Positions 40,014 to 48,916 of a stretch of DNA of 64,000 nt are shown in pieces (the stretch's first letter is position 1; the number at the start of each line of letters is the position of its first letter). The position numbers were made by a program, and so were the translations under genes. This DNA comes from an uncultured Alphaproteobacteria bacterium (lineage in GTDB: Bacteria; Pseudomonadota; Alphaproteobacteria; Rs-D84), in assembly GCA_934276735.1 (NCBI GenBank), contig CAKQTG010000002.1, forward strand, positions 270,638 to 334,637, read 5' to 3'. The notes under the pieces were generated by a model. It made no database searches, was not told the origin of the DNA, and saw only the letters and a list, made by a program, of their open reading frames with translations.

Positions 40014-42401
40014 ATGGCCGTAAAGATGAACGAATTTTTATTACAGTATTATATGCAGTTGCGGTTTAACCACATGCCGGCCGAGGTTCGTGCCAAATAC
40101 GACGAATATGCCAAGAACGACGATTTTCGCGGCAATATGAAGGATTGGAAAAAGAATCTGATGGGCAAACCCATGCCTGACCCGACCGAGGTGGGTGGCG
40201 CATGGGAACTGAGTGATGACGAGTGGAAAAAACTGTTCAAGGCATTTCAGAACGCATTTCGTGCCATGGCCGCCGACCAGGGGTCGTTTAAAGAAAACAA
40301 GGATGCGAACGATTTCTTGAATGAATATTTTGGCGATGCGCTGACCCACCTGTTTTCAAACAGCACCGCCAGCAATGCCGCCGAAACCCAGATTCAGGGT
40401 GCGTTCAAATCATTTTTGACAACAAAACGCAACAGCCTGGAAATTTATTTCAAGCAATGGGGGCTGACGAACGACGATTTTTCGTATTCTGATTTAATTG
40501 ACGGTATTGGTAAAAAAGAATACAACGCATCGCCAAAATTCCAGAATAAAATCAAGCAAATTGCCCAGTATCTGACGTTCTATTCCAACCAGCCGGATTT
40601 TCAAACCGCGATTGGTATAAATGCGCCACTGGATTTCAACGATATTGAAAAAGGATTTGACGACGCGGCAATTGACCCGCAAAAGTTGGATTATTTCAAG
40701 CGGAATCATCGCGACCTGTTGGATACGCTGAACAACAAGTCCAAGGTCTTGGACGTCTTCAAAAATTACGATGGCGGCAAAATTTCCAAGCATATCGCCA
40801 CCGCCAAGACCAAGGTCAATTATGACGACAAGGAATCTGATGACTATGTTCCGCCAAAACGCCAGGACGAATTGACCCCGTGGCAGCAATTGTCCAAAAA
40901 CGTCGGCGACACATGGACCGATTATATGGACAAGTATGTCAAGTTTCATGGCGATCGTCTGTATATGTCCAATTCGGCAAAACTGATTGTCAAGGCATTG
41001 GATGGCGCAAAAATAAAACCGACCGATGGCCTGGGCAAGGTATTGGAAAACGCAGGAAAAATCAAAGAAAACCTGCGATACAAATCGCCAACCGCGACCA
41101 AGCATTTTGATTGGTTCACCAAGGCAATGGGCCAATTAAAGGAAACAATGCCCAAGGCATTTGCCGGCGCGCTGAAAAACGGTCGCCAGATGCGCGCGAT
41201 TATATCTGAATTGATTATGATGGCGGTGCGCGATGGCAAGGTGGACGAGGCCAAGACCGCGATGGAGGTTTTGTCTGTCATCAAATACGGTTACACCACC
41301 AGCAAGATTATGGACGCATTGGGCAAGGAAAAATTGTCTATATTTTCAGACAAGGGCCTGTCGTGGAATAAAAACGAAGGCGTTCAATTCGTCACCACGG
41401 CCATGGATAAAAGTATCAAGGCCGCATTTATGGGCATTGGATACGGAATCACAATCGCGGGCAACGCAATCAAATTAAACGGCAGTAAATTCGGTGGTCA
41501 CGATACCAAGCGGATGCAGACCGCGCACAAGGATGCATTGACCAAAAATACGAACGACCTGACCGACAAAATCAATGAAACCAATCTGCGCAACGCCCAG
41601 GATCGCCAGATAATCCAAAACGCCCAGAATACAATCAATCAAACGGGCATAACCGCGGCGACGGTGGCCCAAAAACGCCAGGATCTGCAAAACGCCCAGA
41701 ATATCGAAGAGCAAAAGAAAAACGCCCTGGATGCGGCACGCACGCAATTGAGTGATACGGACAAAAAACTGACCGAATATGCCGAAATCACAAACGATTT
41801 GGCCGCGGCCCAGCAGCAGTTGCAACAGGTTCAGGCCGACCTGCAACAGGCGCAAAACGCGCTGAACGATCCAAATACGTTCAATGGCATGACCCCGCAA
41901 GAAGCGGACGCCCTGCGCACCAGTCTGCAACAGCAAATTGCCGGCATGCAGATGACGTCTGCGACGTTGCAACAAACAATTACAAATCTGACCACGCGCC
42001 AGCAACAGGCAGCCCCAGATGTCCAGGCGGCACTGGCCAATCGCCCCGCATACGAGGCCGCATTTAACGCGGCCGAGGCTGACTATAACGCCGCCACTGC
42101 AAATACCGCCCAACTGAGCACGCCAATCCAGCAATTTGACGAGGCGACCCAAATCATTGACGAAATGAACACACGAATTCAAAAGCGCGACGATGAAATT
42201 GCCAACTGGGACGATAATCACCAGGATAAATATCGCGAATTGATGGCGTATTGGGATTTCTTGGAATCTGGGCGCGATTCACACACTGGGCGTCTGTATT
42301 CATGGCGTCCAGGCAGCGCGTCCAAAAAGCAAAAGAAATTTGACCAAAATTCCGGCGCGATGTTCCAGCAATACCTGAACGGGTATCAGTATGTGCCATA
42401 A
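40014..42401 (+). CDS. large coiled-coil protein with a Q/A/N-rich heptad region (candidate secreted effector or structural protein)
   Basis: The 795 aa product has no signal peptide. The region 41560-42100 encodes a long coiled coil (QQLQQVQADLQQAQNALN...). The RBS is aaagga. Confidence 0.55.
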   Translation: MAVKMNEFLLQYYMQLRFNHMPAEVRAKYDEYAKNDDFRGNMKDWKKNLMGKPMPDPTEVGGAWELSDDEWKKLFKAFQNAFRAMAADQGSFKENKDANDFLNEYFGDALTHLFSNSTASNAAETQIQGAFKSFLTTKRNSLEIYFKQWGLTNDDFSYSDLIDGIGKKEYNASPKFQNKIKQIAQYLTFYSNQPDFQTAIGINAPLDFNDIEKGFDDAAIDPQKLDYFKRNHRDLLDTLNNKSKVLDVFKNYDGGKISKHIATAKTKVNYDDKESDDYVPPKRQDELTPWQQLSKNVGDTWTDYMDKYVKFHGDRLYMSNSAKLIVKALDGAKIKPTDGLGKVLENAGKIKENLRYKSPTATKHFDWFTKAMGQLKETMPKAFAGALKNGRQMRAIISELIMMAVRDGKVDEAKTAMEVLSVIKYGYTTSKIMDALGKEKLSIFSDKGLSWNKNEGVQFVTTAMDKSIKAAFMGIGYGITIAGNAIKLNGSKFGGHDTKRMQTAHKDALTKNTNDLTDKINETNLRNAQDRQIIQNAQNTINQTGITAATVAQKRQDLQNAQNIEEQKKNALDAARTQLSDTDKKLTEYAEITNDLAAAQQQLQQVQADLQQAQNALNDPNTFNGMTPQEADALRTSLQQQIAGMQMTSATLQQTITNLTTRQQQAAPDVQAALANRPAYEAAFNAAEADYNAATANTAQLSTPIQQFDEATQIIDEMNTRIQKRDDEIANWDDNHQDKYRELMAYWDFLESGRDSHTGRLYSWRPGSASKKQKKFDQNSGAMFQQYLNGYQYVP

Positions 42402-42514
42402 CATACTTGCATTTTTGGGCATTTTATGGTATAATGCACCACATAATGACACCGCCGATGGCGGTGTTTTTTATTGCAAAAAATAATCTCTCATTTTAAC
42501 CAAAGGATTTAACA

Positions 42515-43078
42515 ATGGCACGAATTTTGCAAATTCGCCGGGGCACCACCGCGCAAAATGATAATTTTACAGGACTGGCCGGGGAAATAACCATGGACAC
42601 AGAAACCAAGACACTGCGTGTGCACGATGGCGAAACGCTGGGCGGCGTTACACTGGCGCGCGCCGACGCAATTGCGGACGCATCATTTGATATAACAACG
42701 GTTTCCGATGATTTTTGGAACGCACTGTTTGCGCGTATGGGCGCGACCACCCCAACACTGATGTCATCGCGCGAGTTGCCCATCCAATCGGACGTCGTTT
42801 CAACATATACATTTAATACAACGCGCACACCGATTTTTGCGCGCGCTGTGCTGGTATGCAACACGGATGACGCCGGATACACCGCGGGCGACACGGTTGC
42901 CGCGTTTGGCATTGGCGCGCGCACCAATCCCGCCCCAAACGTCCGCCAGTCTGACGATGGCGTCACGGTGCAACTGGTTATCGGATCTGACGCGTTTTGG
43001 GTATCCAATCCCCAGGACGGCACGTCCACCCCAATCACCACCACCGCATGGCGTATGAAATACCTAGTTTACTGTTGA
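42515..43078 (+). CDS. phage tail-fibre N-terminal-like protein (orphan)
   Basis: The N-terminus reads ILQIRRGTTAQNDNFTGLAGEITMDTETKTLRVHDGETLGG, matching the conserved tail-fibre N-terminal pattern (RRGT..W....L..GE.G.ETDT..L.IGDG.T.W..L). Confidence 0.4.
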   Translation: MARILQIRRGTTAQNDNFTGLAGEITMDTETKTLRVHDGETLGGVTLARADAIADASFDITTVSDDFWNALFARMGATTPTLMSSRELPIQSDVVSTYTFNTTRTPIFARAVLVCNTDDAGYTAGDTVAAFGIGARTNPAPNVRQSDDGVTVQLVIGSDAFWVSNPQDGTSTPITTTAWRMKYLVYC

Positions 43079-43128
43079 AAAAATAAAAATACTTTGCTAT
43101 GCTGGCGCACATAGAAAAGAGGAAACAA

Positions 43129-44385
43129 ATGTACATACTTGCATTGAACTGTGGGTCTTCGTCGTTGAAATACCAGGTTTTTGACGCGAATTCCAAAAAG
43201 GCCGTCGTTGGCGGTAATGTTGAAAAAATCGGTCTGCCGGATTCTTTTGTTACGCAAAAATATCCGGACGGCACCAAACAACGCAAAGACGCCGTTATGA
43301 AAAATCATGACGAGGCATTAAACGTTGTTCTGTTCATGCTGCGCGAGGCGTCAATTGACCTGAACGAAATAAAGGGTGTTGGTCACCGCGTTGTTATGGG
43401 TGGTGATAAATTCGCATCGTCGGTTGAAATCACCGATGACGTTATGAAGACAATTGATAAATTGTCCCCGTTGGCACCACTGCATAACCCACCGGCATTG
43501 ATGGGTATTGTGACCGCAAAGCAGTTATTGCCGAACGCGAAACAGGTTGCCGTATTTGACACCGCATTTCACCAGACTATGCCGGATTACTCGTATCGCT
43601 ATGCCGTGCCGACCGCATGGTATAAAGAGTTAGGTGTTCGCCGCTATGGTTTCCACGGAACATCGCATTTGTATGTATCAAAACGCGCGGCGGCAATGCT
43701 GGGCAAACCGGCGGACCAGTGCAATCTGATAACCCTGCACATCGGTTCGGGTGCATCGGCGACCGCAATCAAAAACGGTATCTCGGTTGATACATCGTTG
43801 GGTATGACACCACTGTCGGGTCTGACCATGGGCACACGTCCGGGCGATTTGGATCCAGGTGTTGTTCTGTATGTTATGAACACATTGAAATTGACACCGG
43901 ACCAAATGCAGAAACATTTGAACAAGGATTCCGGTCTGATGGGCCTGACCGAATGCTATGCCGACCGTCGTGACGTCGAAGAAAACAAGGAAGGCAACGA
44001 TAAATGCCGTCTGGCCATTGATACCGAAGTGCACAATGTAAAAAAATACATCGGCGCATATATGGCCGAATTGGGTCACACCGATGCATTGGTATTCACC
44101 GCGGGCGTTGGCGAAAACGACGATTACCTGCGTGAACGCTTCTGCACAGGATTGGAAGAATTGGGTATCAAACTGGACAAAGAAAAGAACGCCGCGGCCT
44201 TGGCACGCAAAGGCGTTGACGAAGCGGTCATCAGCACACCTGACAGCCGCGTCAAGGTATTCATGGTTGCAACCAACGAAGAATTGGTTATTGTCGAAGA
44301 TACATTGGCAATCATGAATGGCACATATAATCCAAATCATCTGAAAATGGATTATTCATTTGCTGGCGGTCAAAAGACCAGATAA
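43129..44385 (+). CDS. ackA: acetate kinase
   Basis: The N-terminus is ILALNCGSSSLKY. The motifs VGHRVVMGG and VFDTAFHQTMP are present. The RBS is aagagg. Confidence 0.85.
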   Translation: MYILALNCGSSSLKYQVFDANSKKAVVGGNVEKIGLPDSFVTQKYPDGTKQRKDAVMKNHDEALNVVLFMLREASIDLNEIKGVGHRVVMGGDKFASSVEITDDVMKTIDKLSPLAPLHNPPALMGIVTAKQLLPNAKQVAVFDTAFHQTMPDYSYRYAVPTAWYKELGVRRYGFHGTSHLYVSKRAAAMLGKPADQCNLITLHIGSGASATAIKNGISVDTSLGMTPLSGLTMGTRPGDLDPGVVLYVMNTLKLTPDQMQKHLNKDSGLMGLTECYADRRDVEENKEGNDKCRLAIDTEVHNVKKYIGAYMAELGHTDALVFTAGVGENDDYLRERFCTGLEELGIKLDKEKNAAALARKGVDEAVISTPDSRVKVFMVATNEELVIVEDTLAIMNGTYNPNHLKMDYSFAGGQKTR

Positions 44386-44392
44386 CAAAAAA

Positions 44393-44425
44393 TAAAAAAC
44401 GCGCCAATGGCGCGTTTTTTTATTC
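44393..44425. terminator. bidirectional rho-independent terminator
   Basis: aaaaaacgcgccaatggcgcgtttttttatt lies between the convergent ackA and rph genes. Confidence 0.6.
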
Positions 44426-45136
44426 CAATACTTGTTTTTGTAATTCTATCAATTTCTGGCAACCGGCCGCGGCCATATTCATCAGTTCGGTAATTTGTGC
44501 CGCGTCGAATGGGTGCTGTTCCCCGGTTGCCTGGATTTCTACAAACCGGCCGGATTCGGCAACAACAAAATTAGAATCCAATTCAGCCACACAATCTTCG
44601 TCATAATCCAGGTCCAAGACCAATTCATCGTGAAACAGCCCCGCCGATATTGCGGCAACATGTTCACGGATTGGATTCTGGGATATACGACCTGCCTGCA
44701 TCAGGTGCCGCACAGCCAAACATAACGCGACAAAACCACCCGTAATTGACGCACAACGCGTCCCGCCGTCGGCCTGAATCACATCACAGTCAATTGTAAT
44801 CGTGTGCCGCCCCAGCGCATCCATATCAACAACACTACGAAAAGCCCGCCCAATCAGACGCGAAATTTCCGCACTACGATGATCCTTGATAATGGCATCA
44901 CGATTTTTACGTGTGCCACATGCACGTGGTAACATTGAATATTCCGCAGTTACCCAACCACCGGTTTTGTTTTGGACACGTTTCCATAACGGCTGATTCA
45001 AATCCACCGATGCTGTGCATAACACCTGGGTTCCGCCAATTTTTATCAGGCACGACCCCTCGGCCCATTTGTTGACGCCTGTTTCCATGGATACAGGACG
45101 CATCTGATTTGGCTTGCGCAACGATGGACGTATCAT
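44420..45136 (-). CDS. rph: ribonuclease PH
   Basis: The sequences GSCLIKIGGTQVLCTA and DCDVIQADGGTRCASITG match the RNase PH signature. Confidence 0.85.
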   Translation of the reverse strand: MIRPSLRKPNQMRPVSMETGVNKWAEGSCLIKIGGTQVLCTASVDLNQPLWKRVQNKTGGWVTAEYSMLPRACGTRKNRDAIIKDHRSAEISRLIGRAFRSVVDMDALGRHTITIDCDVIQADGGTRCASITGGFVALCLAVRHLMQAGRISQNPIREHVAAISAGLFHDELVLDLDYDEDCVAELDSNFVVAESGRFVEIQATGEQHPFDAAQITELMNMAAAGCQKLIELQKQVLE

Positions 45137-45262
45137 TTTTTGCCTTTTGTTATATAGTTATTGTGTAATCAGTATATATTACCCCGCCCAGATTGCAATA
45201 TTTTTTACATTTGCATTTTCGCGCCTATGTTGTTATGCTGGGTGTTTGTTAAAGGAAGTTTT

Positions 45263-46291
45263 ATGTCGGCACAAGCAAAACGCGTGATTAAAAAGGTTAT
45301 CAGTTACTCGGGAATTTTCTTTTTTATCCTGGCCGCTGGGATGTTATGGTGGCAACTGCGCAATTACACATTTTATGATATTATTCGCGCTATTACGGCG
45401 ATTCCGTTGATGAATCTGGTTGGGGCATGCTGCGCATGTCTGGCGGGATATTTCGCATTGTCATTATATGATTTCCTGGCCTTGAATTATGTCGGCGAAA
45501 GTAAAAAGGTCACATGGTGGAAATGGATGCTGGCCGGAATGCTGGGGTTCGCAATCAGCAACAACGCCGGTCACGCCGTAGTCAGCGGGGGTGCAATACG
45601 ATATCGCCTGTATACCCGGTGGCGTATTCGAGGTGGTGACATTGTAAAAATGCTGACCATTTCTGGTTTTACATATTTCTTGGGGTGTGCAGCAATTGTG
45701 TTGATTGGGTATTTCCTGGTTCCACGCGATATATTCACTGCTTCGACCGGGGCGGCCGTTGGATTGAATGCGCTGTTTATATTCTGTGCAGCGGCGTTAC
45801 TGGCGTATTTTGCAATGACATTACTGTTCCATGGTAAAAGCATTAAAATCGGCCAAATAAAGTTCCAGATTCCATCAATCAAGATGGCCTGGTTGCAAAT
45901 GATGCTGGGTATTACAGACAGTGTTCTGGCTGGACTGGTGCTGTATTTTTGTTTAATTCCGTTCGTTGACATACCGTTTGGGACGTATATCGGCCTGTTC
46001 GTAATTGCCCAAACCACTGGCGTATTCAGCCAGGTTCCAGGTGGCATCGGCGTGTTTGAAACGGTCTTTATGCTGGCGTTGCCTGACACCGTAGATAAAG
46101 CCAATATTTTCGGTGCCCTGTTGGCATACCGCATTATTTATTATGTGTTACCACTGATTGGCGTTGGGGGACTGTTTTTCATATATGAACGCTGGTTGCG
46201 GGCGCGTATGAAACGCTGGGCCGACGAAGCGCGCGAAAAAATTTCCCAGATTCCTGCGAAAATCAAACATATTAAAACACGCAAAAAATAA
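45263..46291 (+). CDS. lysylphosphatidylglycerol-synthase-TM-like (flippase-like) membrane protein
   Basis: About eight TM helices and a UPF0104-like topology. The start was trimmed to MSAQAKR (RBS aaagga). Confidence 0.45.
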   Translation: MSAQAKRVIKKVISYSGIFFFILAAGMLWWQLRNYTFYDIIRAITAIPLMNLVGACCACLAGYFALSLYDFLALNYVGESKKVTWWKWMLAGMLGFAISNNAGHAVVSGGAIRYRLYTRWRIRGGDIVKMLTISGFTYFLGCAAIVLIGYFLVPRDIFTASTGAAVGLNALFIFCAAALLAYFAMTLLFHGKSIKIGQIKFQIPSIKMAWLQMMLGITDSVLAGLVLYFCLIPFVDIPFGTYIGLFVIAQTTGVFSQVPGGIGVFETVFMLALPDTVDKANIFGALLAYRIIYYVLPLIGVGGLFFIYERWLRARMKRWADEAREKISQIPAKIKHIKTRKK

Positions 46292-46497
46292 ATACCTTGC
46301 CATAACGGGGTTGGGCATGCTAGACTGGGACTTGTCGTATGACAATGGGGTATAGCAAGTGTTTGTATTATCACTATTTTATACATTTTGGATTTTGCCA
46401 CTGGTTTATGTGGCTGTTTCCCTTGGCATGGGCTGGACCGCCCCACGGGGACGAAATGTATCCGTTGCATACGAACCCGCAACAAAAGGATTACTAA

Positions 46498-48291
46498 ATG
46501 TCAAAGAAAATCTATGTGGACGCTGTCCACCCGGAAGAAACCCGTGTGGTGGTGGTGGATACAGCAACCAATCGTGTTTCTGATTTTGATGTTGAAACAA
46601 CAACAAAACCTCAGATAAAAGGGAACATTTATCTGGCCAAGGTTATTCGTGTAGAACCGTCATTACAAGCGGCATTCGTAGACTATGGCACAGGTAAAAA
46701 TGGCTTCTTGCCGTTTTCAGAAATTCATCCGGACTATTACCAGGTGTCACCCGAACAGAAAAAGAAACTGTTGGAATTAGCACATGCCAATATCGTTGAC
46801 GACGATGACGACCCAGATGATGAAAACGATGAAATTGCAGAATACGACGACCACAGTGCCGGTGAAGATAACAAGGAATTTGCCAAACGTGCACGCGAAT
46901 TCAAGATTCAAGATGTTATAAAGCCAAAACAAATTTTGTTGATTCAGGGCGTCAAGGAAGAACGTGGCCAAAAAGGTGCGTCAATGACGACGTATCTGTC
47001 ATTGGCGGGACGTTTTGCAGTTCTGATGCCGAATTCGCGCAAACGCAACAGTTATGGCATTTCAAAAAAGATTTCCGATAAATCTGAACGCGCCCGTCTG
47101 CGCGACATCTTGCATGGCTTAAAGATTCCCAAGGGAATGACGGTCGTTCTGCGCACGGCGGCGATGGGGGCCGATGCCACATCAATCGCGGCTGATTACG
47201 ATTATCTGGTAAATCTGTGGAATGAAATCCGCAAAACAACGCTGGAATCTGTTGCGCCGGTCACAATTCATACCGAAGATTCATTATTGCGTCGGGTCGT
47301 TCGCGATTTCTTGGCGGACAAAGATGACGTCTTGGTCGTCCAGGGCGAAGAAGCATACGATGCTGCGAAAATGTATTTCCAGCAAATGTACGGTCGCGCA
47401 CCACGCAAACAGTTGGTTCAATACAAAGACGTTGCCGTCCCATTGATGGTCAAGGCTGGTGTTGAAAAACAACTGGAAGGATTGCATGGCCCATACGTTC
47501 AATTGCCATCGGGTGGGTCGCTGGTTATAAACCAGACCGAAGCGATGGTCACGATTGACGTCAATTCGTCACGTGCGATAAAAGAAAAAGATATCGAACA
47601 AACCGCCCTGAATACTAATTTAGAGGCAGCCGAAGAAATCGCATTGCAACTGCGCCTGCGCGATTTGGCTGGTATTGTCGCGATTGACTTTATTGATATG
47701 GAAGAAGAACGCAACAACCGCAAACTGGAAATGAAAATGCGCGAGGTTATGAAGCGTGACCGCGCCCGCACCCAGGTTGCAAAAATCAACGCATTTGGTG
47801 TATTGATGTTGTCGCGTCAACGCCTGCGCAGCAGTTTTATTGAAACATCGTATGTCCAGTGTCCGCACTGTTTGGGTGCCGGCGTTGTGCCATCTATCCA
47901 GACGGCGGCGTTGATTATGTTCCGCCATCTGCAAGAAAAACTGCTGGCAAAAAGCGCACAGAAAATCATTATGACGGTTCCGACCGATGTGGCAATTTAC
48001 CTGTTGAATAACAAACGCTCTGAATTGGCTGCGATGGAATCAGAATTCGAAACCGAAATAGTGATTGTTGGCGACGACAGCATGATGAGCATCGAACAAT
48101 ATTCAATTCAACGCGTCGCGCCCGAGGCTGCCAAGACCGAAGACCTGTTAGATGCGCACACGCCATCAACAGATGCAAAAAAGAAAAACGCCCAGCACAC
48201 CGAGGCACGAAAAACAACAATGAATGCCCCACGTCGCAAGCGTAAAAAGCAACCAAAAAAACAATCTTTTTGGGAAAAATTGATTGGATAA
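46498..48291 (+). CDS. RNase E/G family endoribonuclease with an acidic insertion and basic tail
   Basis: The S1 domain is KGNIYLAKVIRVEPSLQAAFVDYG and the DNase I-like catalytic core is present. A DDDDDPDDENDE insert and a KKKNAQHTEARK...RRKRKKQPKK tail are present. Confidence 0.8.
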   Translation: MSKKIYVDAVHPEETRVVVVDTATNRVSDFDVETTTKPQIKGNIYLAKVIRVEPSLQAAFVDYGTGKNGFLPFSEIHPDYYQVSPEQKKKLLELAHANIVDDDDDPDDENDEIAEYDDHSAGEDNKEFAKRAREFKIQDVIKPKQILLIQGVKEERGQKGASMTTYLSLAGRFAVLMPNSRKRNSYGISKKISDKSERARLRDILHGLKIPKGMTVVLRTAAMGADATSIAADYDYLVNLWNEIRKTTLESVAPVTIHTEDSLLRRVVRDFLADKDDVLVVQGEEAYDAAKMYFQQMYGRAPRKQLVQYKDVAVPLMVKAGVEKQLEGLHGPYVQLPSGGSLVINQTEAMVTIDVNSSRAIKEKDIEQTALNTNLEAAEEIALQLRLRDLAGIVAIDFIDMEEERNNRKLEMKMREVMKRDRARTQVAKINAFGVLMLSRQRLRSSFIETSYVQCPHCLGAGVVPSIQTAALIMFRHLQEKLLAKSAQKIIMTVPTDVAIYLLNNKRSELAAMESEFETEIVIVGDDSMMSIEQYSIQRVAPEAAKTEDLLDAHTPSTDAKKKNAQHTEARKTTMNAPRRKRKKQPKKQSFWEKLIG

Positions 48292-48299
48292 CCCCACCG

Positions 48300-48880
48300 C
48301 CCCGTCCGGGGCGGTCGTCTTTTTTCCAGAGAGCAGAGAGCAATGAAAGAGTCCGCATTCGCGGACAACTCTAATGACCTGGATTCTGGGGTCAAGCCCC
48401 AGAATGACAAAGGCTGGACATAGATTTTATTTTATGAACATTGTTCACTTTTATATCGCAAGCCTTTTCTTAGGTGTCATTCTGGGGCTTGACCCCAGAA
48501 TCCAGGTGATAATGTCGCACACAGTGCGTGCTTATTGTCATTCCTGCGCAGGCAGGAATAGGGTCCAGGCAGTGCGAGCGATGCGAGCCGTGTCCGAGCA
48601 ATTGCGGATTTTATTATTGGTGACTAATTGCCGAATTACGACCAACCAAGGGAACACAATGGACCCCGGCCTGCACCGGGGTGACGCTGGTGTGTGGTTG
48701 GGCGCCATATTTTACGAACATTGTGCAACAATGAGCAAAAGTAATTTCTTAGGCCCTATTCCTGCCTGCGCAGGAATGACAAGTTTTTAAGTTCTCTATT
48801 CTAAAACTAAATCACTTTATCACTCTGTCACTTACTCACTTTATCATTGCTCTCTGCGCATTGCTCTCTGTAATTTGTAA
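48300..48880. repeat. composite nested inverted-repeat (MITE-like) element
   Basis: The outer pair is cagagagcagagagcaatg (48318) against cattgctctctg (48845-48870). Palindromes ttctggggtcaagccccagaa occur at 48383 and 48479. The pair gtcattcctgcgcaggcaggaatagggtc (48538) and ggccctattcctgcctgcgcaggaatgac (48749) is also inverted. The right end carries the cactttatcac motif of the 7.2 kb cassette. Confidence 0.6.
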
Positions 48881-48916
48881 TTGCCAAATGGGGCAAATTC
48901 GGCTACCGTTTGATAT

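Noticed and set aside
48374-48790. A 138 aa + strand ORF inside the nested-palindrome element.
   Set aside because: Most of its length translates the inverted repeats themselves, and the same peptide segments recur from both repeat copies. It is probably not a real gene.
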